Positions 60,108 to 64,000 of a stretch of DNA of 64,000 bases are shown here, piece after piece. The stretch covers positions 8,160 through 72,159 of the forward strand of contig DBBX01000003.1 in the NCBI GenBank assembly GCA_002292815.1, read 5' to 3'. The DNA comes from Thiotrichaceae bacterium UBA973. GTDB lineage: Bacteria; Pseudomonadota; Gammaproteobacteria; Eutrophobiales; Eutrophobiaceae. Position numbers and translations under genes: made by a program. Position 1 is the first letter of the stretch, and the number at the start of each line of letters is the position of its first letter. The notes below the pieces were generated by a model. It worked only from the letters and a program-made list of their open reading frames with translations, did not search any database and had not been told where the DNA came from.

Positions 60108-61436
60108 TTATTCTCCCTCGGCAATCTCGGAATTGAGCGCACGCCAATCTATATTACGCGTGAGATACATCGCGACACCTAAAATAACAAACAAACCAAT
60201 ACTACCTATCAATAAAGCGAAACCTTCCGAGCGCAAGGTGACATACAGATAGGTATACAGACCCGTCAAGGTTACACACACAATAGTGGCTTTCGCGCGG
60301 CTCTTTAAGATACTCCTGCTATAAAGCGAGATAAGTGAAATCGATGCACTGCTACTTATGAAATACGCCAGCGTAAAATTGATGTGCTCAGCTAGCGAAA
60401 GTAACAAAAGATAGAAGATACAATTCACCACACCAACAAAGAGATATTGAATCGGGTGCAATAAGGCGTTGCTAAATAGCTCAGTAAAGAAATAGACCAG
60501 AAAGGTCAGACTAATAAACAACACGGCATACTTTGCTGCACGCGTCACCACCTGATAAGTATCGACTGGTTGTATAAAATTAACACCAAATGATTGCTGC
60601 CCTTGAAACCAGCTAGCCGAGACCATTTCCTGTTCGCTATGGCCCATATCCGTCAACAAATCATTGATCGTCCAAGATGCAGTATAACCATCATCAGAGA
60701 TATCACGAGTAGTGGGTAAGTAAATACCAAAGAAACTTGGCGAAGCCCAATTCGAATTCATATTAATATGAGTTTCCTGCGCCGAAGAGATAAACGAGAA
60801 TACCTTACTCCCGGCTAGCTTAATCTCATATTCAAACTTATGGACTTTATGCTTGTTCAGTAAATGCACAGGAAGCTTCGCTACAAAGACGACACTCTCG
60901 CTACCGGTTTTATCCCACTTAGGTGTTAGCTTAATCACCTCTCCATCCCACACGAAAGCAATCGGTTCTTTGATCGAACGACTATTATTTACCGGGATCT
61001 GGATAACACCTTCATCCAACTGCAAGCCAGCATCGCTACCCTCCGCACCATCCACCTCTGCTAAAGAAAAAAAACCATTGAAACGAACAGTCGCAATATA
61101 AACCGGCACCTCATAGATCCCGCGATAACGGATCTGAGTTTCGATATGGCTATCAACCGTCATCGTCTCGGGGCGTAGATGTTGATAGCGTGAGTCGTAA
61201 GACCAACCACCATTTTCTGAAAAGGTCTTAACGAAAGGCAGCGTTAGCATTGGCCCGTACAAGAGTTGCTCTTTACCCCATGAAGTCGTTATTTCATTCG
61301 TTGCCTGTCGATAGAGGTGACTACGGTCAAAGATCACCGACTCCACCATTCCCATAGGAATCAATAACAATAAGACAAGAAACCCAATAAATAACACACG
61401 CAAGGTCGTCGAATTTTTGATATTGGCAAATTTCAT
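60108..61436 (-). CDS. creD: cell-envelope integrity inner-membrane protein CreD
   Basis: N-terminal TM, large periplasmic domain, C-terminal multi-TM region. Start at MKFANIKN after an AGGGGA RBS. Confidence 0.75.
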   Translation of the reverse strand: MKFANIKNSTTLRVLFIGFLVLLLLIPMGMVESVIFDRSHLYRQATNEITTSWGKEQLLYGPMLTLPFVKTFSENGGWSYDSRYQHLRPETMTVDSHIETQIRYRGIYEVPVYIATVRFNGFFSLAEVDGAEGSDAGLQLDEGVIQIPVNNSRSIKEPIAFVWDGEVIKLTPKWDKTGSESVVFVAKLPVHLLNKHKVHKFEYEIKLAGSKVFSFISSAQETHINMNSNWASPSFFGIYLPTTRDISDDGYTASWTINDLLTDMGHSEQEMVSASWFQGQQSFGVNFIQPVDTYQVVTRAAKYAVLFISLTFLVYFFTELFSNALLHPIQYLFVGVVNCIFYLLLLSLAEHINFTLAYFISSSASISLISLYSRSILKSRAKATIVCVTLTGLYTYLYVTLRSEGFALLIGSIGLFVILGVAMYLTRNIDWRALNSEIAEGE

Positions 61437-61579
61437 AAAACATCCCCTGGAGTGAAGTGGTGTAAACATCACAACACACAAACAAGGAAAGCTCAGGGAA
61501 TAAAACGGGCGAACTACTGATTAAATATGGCAGGAAAAAGGCACAGACTCAATTTTTATCACTATCAGTAAAAAGAGCG

Positions 61580-61795
61580 TTAAACTGCTTCCTTAAAATC
61601 ATTCTTGACCTTAAAGAATATGAAAGCAGAGTTAATAACAGTATTCAGAATAGCAATACCCGCCAACATCCCCGCGCCTTTACCCCACTCGGCAATAAGC
61701 ACACTGACAAGCAGCAACAAAAACATGGCATTCAAGATAATGATACCGACTTTCATAGTAAGGCTCCTTAAGATAGATACGGGGCAATATACCAA
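61580..61795 (-). CDS. small hypothetical membrane protein
   Basis: Hydrophobic 58–71 aa ORF. Confidence 0.25.
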   Translation of the reverse strand: MVYCPVSILRSLTMKVGIIILNAMFLLLLVSVLIAEWGKGAGMLAGIAILNTVINSAFIFFKVKNDFKEAV

Positions 61796-61867
61796 AATAT
61801 ATCTTTTAACGTGCAGCTATCTGTTTAATTATTATTTACGAACTAACAAGCCTGCTCAATGCTGACA

Positions 61868-62581
61868 CTACTTCAGATGCCTACCACCATCTAGCGGCAA
61901 TACCCTGCCAGTGATGTATTGACTATCCAGTAGGTAATCGACAGCGTGTTGAAACTCGGCATAACCGCCTTCACGTTCCAGCAAACTCTTTTTTAATGTT
62001 CTCTTTCTATAGTCGTCGTCATCTGTTTCATTAAATAACATCAAAGAAGGTGCCAGACTGTTCACTTTGACCTTGGGCGCCAACCTGGCTGAGAAAGAAT
62101 AGGTGAGATTGTCCTGCGCCGCTTTACTGGCGGCATAGGCAATATGCTTCTTGCTACCACGCGAACTCACATAGTCACCGACATGGATAATATCAGCATG
62201 ATTATTTTGAGCCTTCATCAATAACGGTGCCAAACCGAGATTAATTTGATAGGGCGCATTGGCATGCACCTGCATCATACGCTGAATGATTGTTGCCGGC
62301 ATATATTCTGCATCATCAGCCAACCAGTCGGAGGCATTATGAATAATGGCTCTGATGCTGGCATGTTTGCAACTGACATTATCAATCAATGATTGAATAT
62401 CTCCATCATTGTATAAATCACACTGCAAAAGGCTCGCGTTTTTTTTATTCAGTTGTGACAACGATGCTGTCTCATTACGGTAAGTGCCTATTACCGGTAT
62501 ATCTCGGTCAAGGAAGCTGTTTGCCAGATAAAGACCCAGTCGTTTGCCTACCCCTGTAATAAGGATTGAATCGGGCGTCAT
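61868..62581 (-). CDS. folM: dihydromonapterin reductase FolM (SDR)
   Basis: Collinear with E. coli FolM ([11 protein letters not shown] ... [10 protein letters not shown] ... FPLDGGRHL); 4-nt overlap with folE. Confidence 0.8.
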   Translation of the reverse strand: MTPDSILITGVGKRLGLYLANSFLDRDIPVIGTYRNETASLSQLNKKNASLLQCDLYNDGDIQSLIDNVSCKHASIRAIIHNASDWLADDAEYMPATIIQRMMQVHANAPYQINLGLAPLLMKAQNNHADIIHVGDYVSSRGSKKHIAYAASKAAQDNLTYSFSARLAPKVKVNSLAPSLMLFNETDDDDYRKRTLKKSLLEREGGYAEFQHAVDYLLDSQYITGRVLPLDGGRHLK

Positions 62582-63270
62582 GGATTAAGGAATTCAGCGC
62601 GCGTATGAATATTTTCTTTGAAACAGCCTCCCAATGCTGTTGTACTTGTTTGTGAATTACTGTCTTGTACACCACGTGATTTAACACAATAATGTGTTGC
62701 CTCAATATTGACCGCAACATTTTCTGTTTCAAGCAATGTTTGTAGTGCAATCAACACTTGCCTGGTTAAACGCTCTTGCACTTGTGGTCGTTGCGCAAAG
62801 AAACGCACCACTCGATTAATTTTTGAAAGCCCGATTATTTTTTGATCAGGTACATAAGCCACTTTGGCAGTACCGTCAATGGTGACAAAATGGTGTTCAC
62901 AGGTACTGGTGAGATCGATATTTCTGATTTTGATCATCTCATTCGCGCCCATCTTATTTTCTATTAAAGACATCTTTGGGAATTGACTGTAATCCAGGCC
63001 CGAAAAAATTTCATGGACGTACATCTTGGCAATGCGGTGAGGCGTTTCAATGATACTATCATCGCTTAAATCAAGGCCGAGTGTTTGTATAACCTCTTTC
63101 ATTAGAACCTTTATCTTTTCATACTTCTCTTCTTGAGATAAAGACGATTCAATCATCGGGGTTTCTATCCCATGTTCAATCAGCGTGTTCCTAACCAATA
63201 TCGCTTCAGGACTCAAGCCCAATTCTTCATTGCGAACATGTGCTTTAAGATACACTGGATTGGTGTTCAT
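62578..63270 (-). CDS. folE: GTP cyclohydrolase I FolE
   Basis: [21 protein letters not shown] motifs. Confidence 0.9.
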   Translation of the reverse strand: MNTNPVYLKAHVRNEELGLSPEAILVRNTLIEHGIETPMIESSLSQEEKYEKIKVLMKEVIQTLGLDLSDDSIIETPHRIAKMYVHEIFSGLDYSQFPKMSLIENKMGANEMIKIRNIDLTSTCEHHFVTIDGTAKVAYVPDQKIIGLSKINRVVRFFAQRPQVQERLTRQVLIALQTLLETENVAVNIEATHYCVKSRGVQDSNSQTSTTALGGCFKENIHTRAEFLNP

Positions 63271-63668
63271 GATGCCTTCTCCAAAATTCTTAGACCTTCG
63301 TTTTTCTCAGGACTATATTCAAGCGTAATCGATACTGAGTCAGCAAATCTTAATGCATGTGGCTTATCAACACTGACTCGTGCTTTGTTCACCGATTTAT
63401 GTTGGCTACAGATTTCAAGGACATCGGCAACCAGCTTTTCCAACAGCAAGAAGCGTCCTTCCTCTACATGTTGAATCACCTTTTTGCTAATATCTTTGTA
63501 ATTTAGTGCATCAGAGATATGATCGTTTAGTACAGTTTCAGTGACTGCATAATTAATCTCGATATTGATAACAACATCTTGTTTCTTTTCTTTTTCTTCC
63601 TCGTTAAAACCGATATAAGTACGCAATCGAAGATTAGAGATACTAATTATTGCATTGTTTAAGCGCAT
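63267..63668 (-). CDS. folX: dihydroneopterin triphosphate 2'-epimerase FolX
   Basis: Near-collinear with E. coli FolX ([27 protein letters not shown] ... DALNY ... [10 protein letters not shown]). Confidence 0.8.
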   Translation of the reverse strand: MRLNNAIISISNLRLRTYIGFNEEEKEKKQDVVINIEINYAVTETVLNDHISDALNYKDISKKVIQHVEEGRFLLLEKLVADVLEICSQHKSVNKARVSVDKPHALRFADSVSITLEYSPEKNEGLRILEKAS

Positions 63669-63887
63669 GATATTTTCCGATTTGTTAGTCATGCACACAT
63701 TGAATGAACAGACGTGAAGTTAATGTGAAATTGAAATCTCAACTAAACAGTTATACGGGGTTGTCCAGTACAGTAGAAGCACTGACAGGCGGAAATGTAA
63801 TAAAAACTGTTCCTATCCATCTAAAACAATATTATCGTTGCCGATTAATTCTATCGGATATATCAACAAATGATTAGGAGAGCTTTG

Positions 63888-64000
63888 ATGAAAAATATCG
63901 CTGCATTATTTATTTTATGCATCGCCAGTGTGGTTAATGTCTGGGCGGCTTGTCCGGCCTATCTGAATGTTGATATGGAAGTGCTGCGCTCGAAAAAAAC
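63888..64000 (+). CDS. 5' end of a secreted-protein gene (partial, runs off the window)
   Basis: ATG after a GGAGAG RBS; signal-peptide-like MKNIAALFILCIASVVNVWA. Confidence 0.3.
   Translation, partial: MKNIAALFILCIASVVNVWAACPAYLNVDMEVLRSKK

Noticed and set aside
61452-61466. TTTAC-N5-TTCAC direct repeat upstream of creD as a CreB 'cre tag' box
   Set aside because: Spacer is 5 rather than the 6 nt of the TTCAC-N6-TTCAC consensus, and one half-site is mismatched. The site lies between the RBS region and the start codon, not at a typical activator position.
1-64000. CRISPR arrays, rRNA genes, IS elements/transposases, integrases
   Set aside because: No regularly spaced direct repeats, no rRNA-like conserved stretches, and no transposase/integrase-like ORFs were seen on reading both strands.

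Overview
This 64-kb window is AT-rich (roughly 40% GC by eye) and its gene content looks like a marine gammaproteobacterial chromosome (Alteromonadales/Colwellia-like). That taxonomic guess is low confidence. Coding density is high, with about 85 genes.

What I did not find: rRNA, an intact tRNA, a CRISPR array, a transposase or an integrase.

Recognisable housekeeping and accessory genes:
- Two ABC-F ATPases (Uup, YbiT) and two DEAD-box helicases (RhlE, DbpA).
- A translationally coupled folX-folE-folM tetrahydromonapterin operon.
- SlyD, PpnP, SprT, an RNase D-like exonuclease, the lipocalin Blc, CreD, a SulP transporter followed by a tandem Usp, a CDF transporter, a Sir2 deacylase, several c-type/heme proteins, a Tat-exported aldo/keto reductase and an alpha/beta-hydrolase–OsmC fusion.

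The more unusual content:
- An orphan RnfC/RsxC homolog with no other rnf genes nearby.
- An SRPBCC domain fused to a CBS pair.
- A Hanks-type Ser/Thr kinase fused to a cNMP-binding domain. It is followed by a disrupted partner gene with an in-frame TAG plus a frameshift.
- An ArsP-like (TPFCSC motif) permease, a thioredoxin-like protein and a small Cys-protein, apparently in one operon.
- Two paralogous periplasmic Cys-proteins (Rap1a/Tai4-like) flanking a NYN-nuclease/cytochrome c' segment.
- A divergent pair of unknown genes (a 300-aa protein and a macro-like 164-aa protein) sharing a palindrome-bearing promoter.
- An orphan REC-only response regulator.
- An HD–YjbQ operon.
- Three probable pseudogenes: an ALDH3 gene with an in-frame TAA, frameshifted Vgb-like propeller fragments, and the kinase partner gene.
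- A tRNA-like 3' fragment in a 590-bp noncoding stretch ahead of a YwqK/MORN lipoprotein gene, which may be an old integration scar.

I could not establish any clearly novel multi-gene system. The candidates are flagged below with hedged interest scores.
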